Source of the DNA: a virus
Taxonomy: Duplodnaviria; Caudoviricetes
Strand: one strand, 5' to 3'
IMG/VR virus record: IMGVR_UViG_3300050343_000001
Span: 1 to 59,555 of that record
Length of the DNA stretch: 59,555 nt
Part shown: positions 1 through 9,500 of the stretch, one piece after another
Numbering within the stretch: position 1 is the stretch's first letter
Layout of the letters: every line of letters begins with the position of its first letter
Notes under the pieces: generated by a model
Database searches by the model: none
Told to the model about the DNA's origin: nothing
What the model saw: the letters and a program-made list of their open reading frames with translations, nothing else
Program-made: the position numbers and the translations under genes

Positions 1-289
1 GCCATATGTAAATAAACCCCGCCCATATAAAAAAGAATATCAACAGCAGAAAGCAAGAGGAGAACACGAAGCTCGTATGGAGCGACAACGCGCCAGACGT
101 GCGATGGATAAGAAAGGTAAAGATGCCAACAAGAATGGCAAAGCCGACAAGCGAGAAGGTAAAGATATCGCTCACAAGAAGGCACTAAGTAAAGGCGGCA
201 CAAACAAGGACGGGTACAAAGTCCAGAGCCGTAAGAAAAATCGAGCCGCGGGTGGTGCTATGAGCAGCCCCAAAAAGAAGAAAAAGTAG
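1..289 (+). CDS. Small basic HNH-like protein; true start is probably the ATG at 59553-59555 across the circular junction (MPYVNKPRPYKKEY...)
   Basis: Frame is open from position 2 into the 77..289 ORF; GKDIAHKKALSKGGTN...SRKKNR resembles an HNH core. Confidence 0.65.
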   Translation, partial: PYVNKPRPYKKEYQQQKARGEHEARMERQRARRAMDKKGKDANKNGKADKREGKDIAHKKALSKGGTNKDGYKVQSRKKNRAAGGAMSSPKKKKK

Positions 290-300
290 TGACTCACTAC
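286..300. promoter_or_regulatory. GTAGT-N5-ACTAC operator-like palindrome
   Basis: GTAGTGACTCACTAC immediately upstream of the helicase RBS. Confidence 0.7.
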
Positions 301-313
301 TACGGAGAACAAC

Positions 314-1849
314 ATGGAAATTTTGCGGGATAAAGCAATAATGCTACGGGTACGCAACCCAAAGCAAATAACAACAGCTATCCCCAACAGCAAGGAGCTA
401 CCTATGAACAAGGTCGTCGTAAAGTGGGGGTTAGATGAAGTTCTATCCCTGCGTTCGTTAAATATAAATGCACCATCACCGATTACAAAACGGTACAGTT
501 GGCCGGGGCAATACACGCCCTTCGACCACCAGAAAGACACCGCGTCTTTTATGACGCTGAACAAGAAGTCCTTTTGCTTTAACGAGCAAGGCACAGGTAA
601 AACTGCATCGGCTATATGGGCGGCAGATTATCTTATGACCCAAGGCAAAGTTAAACGTGTACTTGTTGTATGCCCTTTGTCGATTATGGATAGCGCATGG
701 CGCAACGACTTGTTCTCCTTCGCTATGCACCGCACAGTAGATGTAGCGCACGGGAGCAAACAGAAACGCAAGAAAATAATAAATAGCGGTGCTGAGTTCG
801 TAATCATTAACTACGATGGTGTTGAAGTTGTCAGAGACGAGATTGCGGCAGGGGGATTTGATCTGTTTATCGTTGACGAGGCTACACACTACAAGAACGC
901 ACAGACAAAACGGTGGAAGACACTAAACAAACTAATCAAAGAAGACGATTGGTTGTGGATGATGACAGGTACACCCGCCGCGCAAAGTCCAGTTGATGCC
1001 TATGGCCTAGCTAAACTTGTGAACCCATTGGCAGTGCCGAGATTCTTCGGTGCATGGAGAGATATGGTCATGTGGAAAGTCACGCAGTTCTCTTACAAAC
1101 CTAAAGAGACCGCCAAGGATACAGTGTTCCGCGCACTACAACCCGCGATCAGATTTACCAAAGAAGAGTGCCTTGACTTACCCGACATGATCTACACTAA
1201 GCGCTTTGTCGAGATGACACCACAACAGAAGAAGTACTACGAAACATTGCGCAAGCAGATGTTAATGCAGGTAGCAGGGGAGTCCGTGACTTCGGCCAAC
1301 GCCGCGATCAACATGAACAAGCTACTGCAGATTAGCGCAGGGGCAGTATATACTGACGATGGAGATTCGATAGAGTTCGACATCAGGAGCCGATACCAAG
1401 CGTTGAAGGAAACTATTGACGAGAGTAGCAAGAAAGTAATTGTGTTTGTTCCGTTCCGACATACCATCGACATGTTAGTACAGAAGCTCCGAGGAGACGG
1501 CATCACGTCTGAGGTCATACGAGGAGATGTTTCTGCGTCTAACCGCACAGAGATATTTGACAGGTTCCAATCAAAACCTGATCCGAAGGTTCTAGTAATC
1601 CAACCACAGTCTGCCGCGCATGGTGTGACCTTGACTGCGGCGAATACAATAGTATGGTGGGGGCCTACTTCTTCTTTGGAGACTTACCTACAAGCTAACG
1701 CCCGTATTCATCGTGCGGGACAAGACCAAAAGTGTACTGTAATTCAATTAGCGGGGTCTGCCGCGGAAAAACGTATTTACCGCATGCTAGACGAGCGTAT
1801 AAACATACACACTGCGATGATAGATTTATATAAAGAAATACTTGACTAA
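314..1849 (+). CDS. SNF2-family (SF2) helicase
   Basis: Walker A QGTGKT, DEATH, motif III TGTP, motif VI QANARIHRAGQ; RBS GGAG. Confidence 0.92.
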   Translation: MEILRDKAIMLRVRNPKQITTAIPNSKELPMNKVVVKWGLDEVLSLRSLNINAPSPITKRYSWPGQYTPFDHQKDTASFMTLNKKSFCFNEQGTGKTASAIWAADYLMTQGKVKRVLVVCPLSIMDSAWRNDLFSFAMHRTVDVAHGSKQKRKKIINSGAEFVIINYDGVEVVRDEIAAGGFDLFIVDEATHYKNAQTKRWKTLNKLIKEDDWLWMMTGTPAAQSPVDAYGLAKLVNPLAVPRFFGAWRDMVMWKVTQFSYKPKETAKDTVFRALQPAIRFTKEECLDLPDMIYTKRFVEMTPQQKKYYETLRKQMLMQVAGESVTSANAAINMNKLLQISAGAVYTDDGDSIEFDIRSRYQALKETIDESSKKVIVFVPFRHTIDMLVQKLRGDGITSEVIRGDVSASNRTEIFDRFQSKPDPKVLVIQPQSAAHGVTLTAANTIVWWGPTSSLETYLQANARIHRAGQDQKCTVIQLAGSAAEKRIYRMLDERINIHTAMIDLYKEILD

Positions 1850-1900
1850 CTACCATACAGTCGTATATGACAGTAAAACAAGTATAAAACGGAGAACAAC

Positions 1901-2290
1901 ATGGCTGTGTCAATAGACAAGTTAGTTAAGGCGTACACTAAGATACGTGACAAACGATCGGAGTTAACTTCCAAATATAAAGAGGAAGAGGGCAAACTCC
2001 GTGAGCAACAGGACAAGGTAAAACTTGCCCTGTTGGAATACTGCAAGGAACACGAAGTTGATAGTGTACGCACTGCATCGGGTTTGTTCTATCGCACTGT
2101 GAAGCAACGCTACTGGACGAGTGACTGGGAATCTATGCACAATTTTATTATGACTAATGAAGTCCCTGAGTTCTTTGAGAAGCGTTTAAATCAAACCCAT
2201 GTACGTCAGTTCATTGAGGAAAACCCTGACCTAGTACCGGCAGGTCTCAATGTGGATTCTGAGTACGCAATATCTGTGAGGAAAAAATGA
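1901..2290 (+). CDS. Phage replication-module protein with N-terminal coiled coil
   Basis: Strong RBS, operon position between helicase and SSB-like gene. Confidence 0.7.
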   Translation: MAVSIDKLVKAYTKIRDKRSELTSKYKEEEGKLREQQDKVKLALLEYCKEHEVDSVRTASGLFYRTVKQRYWTSDWESMHNFIMTNEVPEFFEKRLNQTHVRQFIEENPDLVPAGLNVDSEYAISVRKK

Positions 2291-2517
2291 GTGATATTGA
2301 ATCGCCATATGTGAATATAAATACTGTAGTGGACTACTTCCAAGTGTCCATATCTACAATTCGCAAGTGGGTATATACAGGTGAAATCCCTGCGAGTAGT
2401 TACATAAAGGTGGGTGATATCTACCGGTTTCGGCTCAATGAAGTGGAAGCGGCATTAGCTTCTAAAACCGACAAGGCTCAAAAAGAAGCCTCAAAAACAA
2501 ATTCAGAAGGAGAATAG
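2287..2517 (+). CDS. Excisionase/AlpA-like HTH DNA-binding protein
   Basis: VVDYFQVSISTIRKWVYTGEIPA...KVGDIYRF pattern; ATGA overlap. Confidence 0.75.
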   Translation: MSDIESPYVNINTVVDYFQVSISTIRKWVYTGEIPASSYIKVGDIYRFRLNEVEAALASKTDKAQKEASKTNSEGE

Positions 2518-2520
2518 TAC

Positions 2521-3399
2521 ATGTCAGAAGTATCATTGTTTGGAGAAGGCAACTCCCTAGTAAGTAGCGACCTGTTTAAACAACTGCAGGAAGCCGACGA
2601 TAATTTAGCCGGTGGCGGCGGTGGCGGCGGATCAAACCGTATCAGCCTACGTGGTGGTCGTTTCCGTCAAATGGTTAGCGGTGAGCAAGTCAATGTTAAG
2701 AGCGATGGTCTCTTGAACGTAGTCGTTATCAACGCGGCAAAGTTATCGCGTACATACTACGCAGGGGCATACGATCCTGAGAACCCAACTCCACCTGCTT
2801 GTTGGTCTCCCGATACACAAACCCCGTCTAAAGATGTACCTGCGGATACCCGCCAAGCGTCTCGTTGTATGGATTGCCCACAGAACATTAAGGGTTCTGG
2901 ACAAGGCGAGAGCCGTGCATGTCGTTACAATCAGCGCGTTGCTGTAATGCTCGAAGGCGAGTACGATACTGTATACCAACTGCAGTTACCCGCTACGTCT
3001 ATATTTGGCGAAGCTAAAGATGGTAAGATGGGCATGCAAGCATACGCTAAGTATCTTAAAGCTCACAAGACGCCGTCTATCGCTGTGCTTACACAGATGT
3101 ATTTTGACGAAAACAGTGACACACCTAAACTGTTCTTCAAGCCAGTCCGTCCATTGACTGAGGAAGAACTAAATCAAGCTGTGTCCATGAAAGATAGCGA
3201 TGACGCTATTAAAGCAATTACGTTGACTGTTTCACAAACCGATAAGGTAGAGACGAAACGTAATGGATCAGTGGCAAAGCAAGAGCCTGTACTCGACGAT
3301 GCACCTGAACCTAAGAAGGTCGCCAAAAAGAAAGAGGTTTCTGCTCCCTCTCCTGACGAGGCCGATCTTGCTTCTATCGTAGACAACTGGGACGACTGA
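2521..3399 (+). CDS. Putative single-stranded DNA-binding protein
   Basis: Acidic C-terminal tail (DEADLASIVDNWDD), Cys cluster (C..CMDCPQN..C), position upstream of primase. Confidence 0.6.
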   Translation: MSEVSLFGEGNSLVSSDLFKQLQEADDNLAGGGGGGGSNRISLRGGRFRQMVSGEQVNVKSDGLLNVVVINAAKLSRTYYAGAYDPENPTPPACWSPDTQTPSKDVPADTRQASRCMDCPQNIKGSGQGESRACRYNQRVAVMLEGEYDTVYQLQLPATSIFGEAKDGKMGMQAYAKYLKAHKTPSIAVLTQMYFDENSDTPKLFFKPVRPLTEEELNQAVSMKDSDDAIKAITLTVSQTDKVETKRNGSVAKQEPVLDDAPEPKKVAKKKEVSAPSPDEADLASIVDNWDD

Positions 3400-3429
3400 G
3401 GGGTCAGTCACCTAGTTTAACGATAGGCA

Positions 3430-3478
3430 GTCGCGGCGGGTTTGTTACCCTTTCGAGAGCCCGCCGCGACATATTTTT
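3430..3478 (+). terminator. GC-rich hairpin, probable terminator or attenuator before the primase
   Basis: GTCGCGGCGGG...CCCGCCGCGAC followed by ATATTTTT. Confidence 0.6.
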
Positions 3479-3490
3479 GGAGCAGAAACA

Positions 3491-6316
3491 ATGAACAACT
3501 TAGACTTTTTAAAAGGATTACTCAGCGACTCAGGTCACTATTGCGTGTTTGCCGCTAAAGGTGATGTACGTATACAGAAGTTTTACGATACTATTGAAGA
3601 CACAGAAAGAGCTACACGTAAGTTTATAGCAGACGGGCTGAACACATACTTTGCTTTAAGCACATTTAAAGAACCAACCAAGGATGCAGGTCGTAAAGGT
3701 ACGAACGCACACGAGTTGAAGTCTTTCTTCCTCGACTTGGATTGTGGACCAACATACGAATACCCTACTAAAGAAGCCGCAGTATCCGCAGTGCGTGATT
3801 TCTGTAAGAAGTTATCCCTACCTAAACCCTTGATGATTAACAGTGGGCGTGGTGTGCATGTATATTGGCCTCTTACCGAAGCACTTTCGGCGGAGCAATG
3901 GGCTGTGGAAGCTGACAGATTAAAGCGATGCTGTTCTGAGAACGGATTACTTGCTGACCCTGCAGTCACTGCTGACGTGGTACGTATACTACGTATGCCA
4001 AACTCAAAGAACTATAAAGAAGAGCCGCCCTTACCAGTAGAGTTCCTTGGTGTATCTATGCCAGAACCTATTGCGTTAGAAGACTTTACATCTAAGCTAG
4101 GTGTACTAGCGAAGCCAGTTATCAAGATTGACTTGGGTACTGACGCTCTTTACGAAGCCTACGCCGAGAACAGCGAGAATGTTTTCAAGACAATTATCAA
4201 GAAAACTGTAGAAGGTCGAGGATGCGGGCAGTTAAAGTATATTGCCATGAACCAAGCAGAAGTTAGCGAACCTCTGTGGAGAGCGGGGCTATCTATTGCA
4301 AAGTTCTGTAGTGACGGGGACATGGCCGCAGTAAAGATATCAGAGAAACACCCTGCATACAACGAAGCAGATATGCGCAAGAAGATGGACGAGATAAAAG
4401 GCCCATACACCTGTGCGCGTTTCAACGACCTTAACGAAGGTACATGTGAGAACTGTCCTTTATGGAACGAGATCAAATCGCCGATTGTACTGGGTAAACG
4501 TATTCGGGAGTCCGAAGGTGAAGTGGTGGTGTCTGCACCGATATTAAAGGCAGGGGTAAAGAAGTCCGAAGACTTTGAGATACCAGAATATCCTAAGCCC
4601 TACTTCCGTGGAGCGGCGGGTGGCGTATTCCTACGCAGTAGTAACTCTGACGGGGACATCGAAGAAGAGGTTATATACCATCACGACATTTATATTACTC
4701 GGCGTCTGCATGACATCGAGCTAGGTGAGACGCTAGTGTTTCGCTTACATCTACCGCGAGACGGTGTGCGCCAGTTTAACGTGCCTCTTACGAGTATAAC
4801 TTCCCGTGAGGAGTTCCGTAAGTGCATGGCAAAGGAAGGCGTAACTGCATTTGGAAAGGGTACAGACAAACTTATGGCATACACAACAAAATGGGTTGAC
4901 GAGCTACAGCGTACAACTGTAGCCGACGAGGCGCACCGACAATTTGGTTGGGCAGACGACAACATGGAAGCGTTCGTATTAGGCGACAAGCTAGTCACTG
5001 CGACAAGTACTGACTTTAATCCATCTTCTTCTAGTACAGCAGGGTTAATGGATTCGTTTGAGGCTAAAGGCACCCGAGAAAAGAACCTTGAACTGTTAGA
5101 GTTCTACAACAAACCAAACTACGAACTGCATCAATACGTGGTTGGCGTTGGTTTCGGCTCACCTCTCATGGCCTTGACGGGTTTAAACAGTATGTCTATC
5201 CACCTATACGGCGGTTCGGGCGTAGGTAAAACTACTGCGCAGATGGCGGCAATCGGTATATGGGGTAGCCCTGACGATCTGATGAACAAACCAGAAGATA
5301 CACATAACTCTCGTATGCTACGTGGTGAGGTGATGCACAACATACCCTTGGTGTCGGACGAGATGACTAACGTAAGTGGTGAACAGATGTCTGACTATGT
5401 TTACCAAGTGTCCGGTGGTCGGCAGAAAAACCGTATGTCTATGAACGGCAACACGGAGCGCGCACGGGGTAAACCTTGGCAACTGCTCGCGTTAAGCTCA
5501 GGCAACACAAGTGCATGGGAAGTACTGGGTCGTCACAAAGCATCGCCGAAAGCAGAGATGTATAGGATGTTTGAGATACGTGTTAAAAAGATGGATTTCG
5601 TTAAAGGGGACAACACTGCTACAGCCTACCTTATAAACGACTTTAAGAATAACTACGGGCATATAGGCGTAGAGTATATCCAATGGGTTATAAACAACAA
5701 AGAAGAAGTACGTCGTATTGTTGAGTCTGTACGTACACGTCTAGACAAAGCGGCTGGACTTAGCACGGAGCATCGGTTCTGGTCTAACGGGAACGCGGTT
5801 ATTATCGCAGGGCTTATCATCGCTAATAAGTTAGGTCTTGTTAACTACGATGTCAGTACTGTGTATAAGTGGGTTGTGGGTGAACTGCTTTCTCGAAACA
5901 GCTACGTCAGCGATACAGGTTCGTCTGTTACTCAAACACTAAACAACTACTTGTCAGAAAACTTCAACAACTTGCTGAAAATCGAAAGCACTGAAGACCT
6001 TCGTGGTAGGAACGAGAATGGCCTAGATCAACTTGTACCTGTCGGGGCATCACCTAAAGGCCATCTGGTTGCACGTTACGAGCCTGATACGAAGCTACTA
6101 TTCCTGCGGATAAAACCGTTTAAAGAGTGGTGTGTAGATCAGCAGATAAACTATCAAGGTATTGTAGACGACTTAAAGAAAAAGTTAGGCGCAAAGCGTA
6201 CCAAGAAACGACTTACTAAAGGCACTGACTTTAACCTACCGCCGGATTGGGTGCTAGAGATGGAGTTTGCAGAGATGGAGCAAGATAATGATGGATCAGA
6301 AGGTATTGAAGGTTGA
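3491..6316 (+). CDS. Primase-helicase (AEP/RepB-like primase, Cys cluster, DUF927-like region, P-loop helicase)
   Basis: FLDLD and SGRGVHVYW primase motifs, RILRMP, C...CENC, Walker A GGSGVGKT, Walker B LVSDE. Confidence 0.85.
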   Translation: MNNLDFLKGLLSDSGHYCVFAAKGDVRIQKFYDTIEDTERATRKFIADGLNTYFALSTFKEPTKDAGRKGTNAHELKSFFLDLDCGPTYEYPTKEAAVSAVRDFCKKLSLPKPLMINSGRGVHVYWPLTEALSAEQWAVEADRLKRCCSENGLLADPAVTADVVRILRMPNSKNYKEEPPLPVEFLGVSMPEPIALEDFTSKLGVLAKPVIKIDLGTDALYEAYAENSENVFKTIIKKTVEGRGCGQLKYIAMNQAEVSEPLWRAGLSIAKFCSDGDMAAVKISEKHPAYNEADMRKKMDEIKGPYTCARFNDLNEGTCENCPLWNEIKSPIVLGKRIRESEGEVVVSAPILKAGVKKSEDFEIPEYPKPYFRGAAGGVFLRSSNSDGDIEEEVIYHHDIYITRRLHDIELGETLVFRLHLPRDGVRQFNVPLTSITSREEFRKCMAKEGVTAFGKGTDKLMAYTTKWVDELQRTTVADEAHRQFGWADDNMEAFVLGDKLVTATSTDFNPSSSSTAGLMDSFEAKGTREKNLELLEFYNKPNYELHQYVVGVGFGSPLMALTGLNSMSIHLYGGSGVGKTTAQMAAIGIWGSPDDLMNKPEDTHNSRMLRGEVMHNIPLVSDEMTNVSGEQMSDYVYQVSGGRQKNRMSMNGNTERARGKPWQLLALSSGNTSAWEVLGRHKASPKAEMYRMFEIRVKKMDFVKGDNTATAYLINDFKNNYGHIGVEYIQWVINNKEEVRRIVESVRTRLDKAAGLSTEHRFWSNGNAVIIAGLIIANKLGLVNYDVSTVYKWVVGELLSRNSYVSDTGSSVTQTLNNYLSENFNNLLKIESTEDLRGRNENGLDQLVPVGASPKGHLVARYEPDTKLLFLRIKPFKEWCVDQQINYQGIVDDLKKKLGAKRTKKRLTKGTDFNLPPDWVLEMEFAEMEQDNDGSEGIEG

Positions 6317-6518
6317 CGATTTAAACCCTGATGGGTTACGAATCACTGTTGACTGGGAGGACATGAGTGTGGGGGCATCCATATTCGTGCCTTGTGTCAA
6401 CACTGAGAAGGGTAAAGAGCAATTAAATAAGGTCGCAAAACGTAAAGAATGGAAGTTTGATACGCAAACCTGCATAGAAGACGGTAAATTAGGTTTACGT
6501 ACGTGGCGTACTGTGTAA
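6288..6518 (+). CDS. Hypothetical protein
   Basis: GGAG RBS before ATG 6288; overlaps primase end; last gene before terminator. Confidence 0.65.
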   Translation: MMDQKVLKVDDLNPDGLRITVDWEDMSVGASIFVPCVNTEKGKEQLNKVAKRKEWKFDTQTCIEDGKLGLRTWRTV

Positions 6519-6569
6519 CAATACTGGTACGACGTTCGCCTGTGAATGTTGTTCTCAACCTGAATACTT

Positions 6570-6595
6570 GCCCCTGCTTCGGCGGGGGCTTTTTT
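6570..6595 (+). terminator. Rho-independent terminator where the two arms converge
   Basis: GCCCCTGC-TTCG-GCGGGGGC-TTTTTT. Confidence 0.85.
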
Positions 6596-9500
6596 ATTCG
6601 TACTCTTCGAAGCTCTTACGCATAGCGTCTGTGTACACGATACCGTTGACCATTTTACCGGTTGTTGTGAGGAACCCGCTGAGAGACTTCTTCAACGCTT
6701 TGCCATCAATCGCATCTTCCTTATATTCTGCAGGCAAGGATTGGTTGAACTCTCGTATATCTTCGCGTATCTTGCGAACCGCTTCTCTATCACCTTGAGT
6801 TTTAGCCATGTTATGCCGACGTAATAACTTACGGCGTCTTTCATCCACAGCGTTTTGTCTACGCCGCTCACTGCTGTTGATCTTTAAATTTTCTACATAG
6901 TCTGCGGGTGCGAAGCCTAACAACTGCATGAACGAGTTGTATGGGTTTATATCATCTACGATTGGGTTGCCCCGCATCGTGTTCGCCCCTTCAGTAGAGA
7001 ACCTTTGGAACTTACTTATGTTGCGCATAGCGGCAGGTGCCATAGCCTCAAGCCCACGTTGAACTTCACCTTCTTGTAAAAGATCATATCCTCGCTCAAC
7101 ACTCAAGCCTACACCAACAACAGGGCCGCCTAGCTGTTCTATAAGTGTGTAGAACCTGCTCTGGTCTTTGTCGATAAACGGCTGGCGATATAACAGGCTG
7201 TTCATAGACACACGACTAGCAATATCCACGCCTAGTAGTTCGTTAGCTAACCCATCATACAACGTACCGGGTAACATCTTACGCATCATAGCTTCGAAGT
7301 CGTCTTCGTCATCATCAGCAAACATATCGTAGATTGCGGCAGCTGCACCCATCAAAGGTAGCCCAGCGACACCGGCCAATGACCCAGTAGTTACCATAAA
7401 GTACGCAAGTTGTTTCCGTGCAATCTTACGGATGTCTGGGTCTGCTTCGGCTAGTGCTTGGTCTACTAAGTGTGCCATGAAGTAATATCGAGACACCGCG
7501 AACCGTTTAAACAAGAAGGCTACGTTACCCACGGGCTTCTGCGCCCACACCGGACGACCTGCGGAAGCCGTGGAACCTAGTGTTAATTCCGTAGTTTTCA
7601 TAGCTTTCTGCGCCGCTGCATCGTAATCGGCTTGGGTCGCTGGCTTTTTACCATTATCAGTACGGTTGTTTAACTCTAAGTCATATGCAGCCATTAACGA
7701 TATTTGGCGTCCAAATCGCTCGCCGTGATGCACAAGGAACCCGCTTACTTGGTTCATCTTAGCTAAAACATCTTTGCGGTTAGTTAGGTCCACATGCTCT
7801 TGATCTATACTTTGGTTAAACATACCTCTAGCACCGGCTTGCTCAACCAATGTCTTATATCTTAAAATATCTTCAGGTGTGTTTGGATCGTCGAAGTTAT
7901 AGTTATCAAACCCTTTGTTATGCTTACCGAGCTGTACTTCTCGTATCTCTGGCTTTCCGTCTGCACCCATAACAGTAATCATCTTTGTAGATGGAGACCC
8001 CATGAACAACTTCGTTGCTCGAGATATAGCTGATGTAGCTTTCCCTCCACCGTACTCCCCAGCTAAATAAGGATGTACCGCCATAGGTATATCAAACATT
8101 ATGTTAAAGGCAGACGATATATTAGCCCCCATCGTCCAGCCGAAACCCATAGAAGTAGCGATTTGTGACCACCGTGCCATTGATGGAGCTTGAGCAAACT
8201 CTGCAACTTGGTCTAGCTTCTCCGCTATATCCATAGTGTCGAGTCGTTTTAGGTAGTTGCCATCTGTAAGTTTGTTTCGGAAAACCTGTATCTTTGCGCC
8301 GTATTCCAACTGCACAAGTTGTTTTTCAATACTTCGAAAGTTATCACGAAATGTTTCTGCGGGATCAACTTCCATTCCCGGCATACCAGATGGAGTAACA
8401 TCACCCAAGGCACCTAGAATACCGCGTTTACCTTCGCTACGCTCTTTACGACTGCGAAACGACTGCATGAACGAGCGTTCTGGAATTGCATCTAAAGACA
8501 GGTCAATAATTCTATCTATAGCTTGTGGGTCTACCCCCGCCACCTGTAGAGCCTGCAACACTTCAAACACAAATGAGGAGGTTGGGGCTTTACCATAGTC
8601 CCTCTTTGCTTCCCGCTTACCAACTTCAATATTGCTGACCTCATCACCACGTCCAATACTTTCTAAGTATTTAACGACGTTTTCCTGTGCTTGCAGCATG
8701 TCTTTTTCAGATGTGTAGTACTCAGTAAACACTTCTAGACCACCATTCCTAAGAGGATCAGGGGCATTGTATGATAGTCTAAAATCTCCATCACGACTTA
8801 GTTTAAAGTAGGGGCGGATGATACCACCTTGAGCGTGTAGTAGGTCAGATAGTTTTTCGAAAGCAGTTTTCTGAGCTTCTGCATCTATACCCAAGGAAGC
8901 GATACGCGCTCTAATGGCAGGCATAATACGGTCCTGCGCGGCCTCACCCATATCACGAGTAATTTTATACAGGTCTTGCCCTTGTTTGCCGAGTAACTCG
9001 TATTCGTCGTTTAAGGTTTTCCAGAGTGCCTTCTTTTCGTCAGACGGTTCACCTGCTTTTTTAGCTTTTGACCTCGGCATGTCTTGACCACCGAACTTTT
9101 GCTTCAAATCGTCATTTAATTTTTTAATCTCTGCGTTCCGCTTTTTAACGTCAACAAAAGATTTCATAACCGTTCTTTCAGTTACCATGTCGTAGTAGGA
9201 TAACCAGTACTTATCATACGTGCTTTGCGGTCGGGCAGGATCAACTTCGTCTTGCGTAGCACGGTTCATCAGTGCCTGCATCCTATTGTACCCTTCAGGG
9301 TTCGCGTTGCGGTAAGCTCTGTAGTCGTTGTATAGTACGTCCACAGGCTCGAATGATTTACGCAGTGCGCCTGATGTTTGGTCGATTAAAACGTTTAACT
9401 CATTAGCAAAAGGTATTCTATCTTCAGCTAATCGTGCCAAGTTGTTTACAGGCTGTACTGCAAGTACCCACTGTTTTAACTTACGAGGCGTGTTCTCGCT

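Noticed and set aside
2287-2517. Excisionase implying a prophage
   Set aside because: No integrase, att-like context or host genes were seen; a regulatory HTH is more likely.
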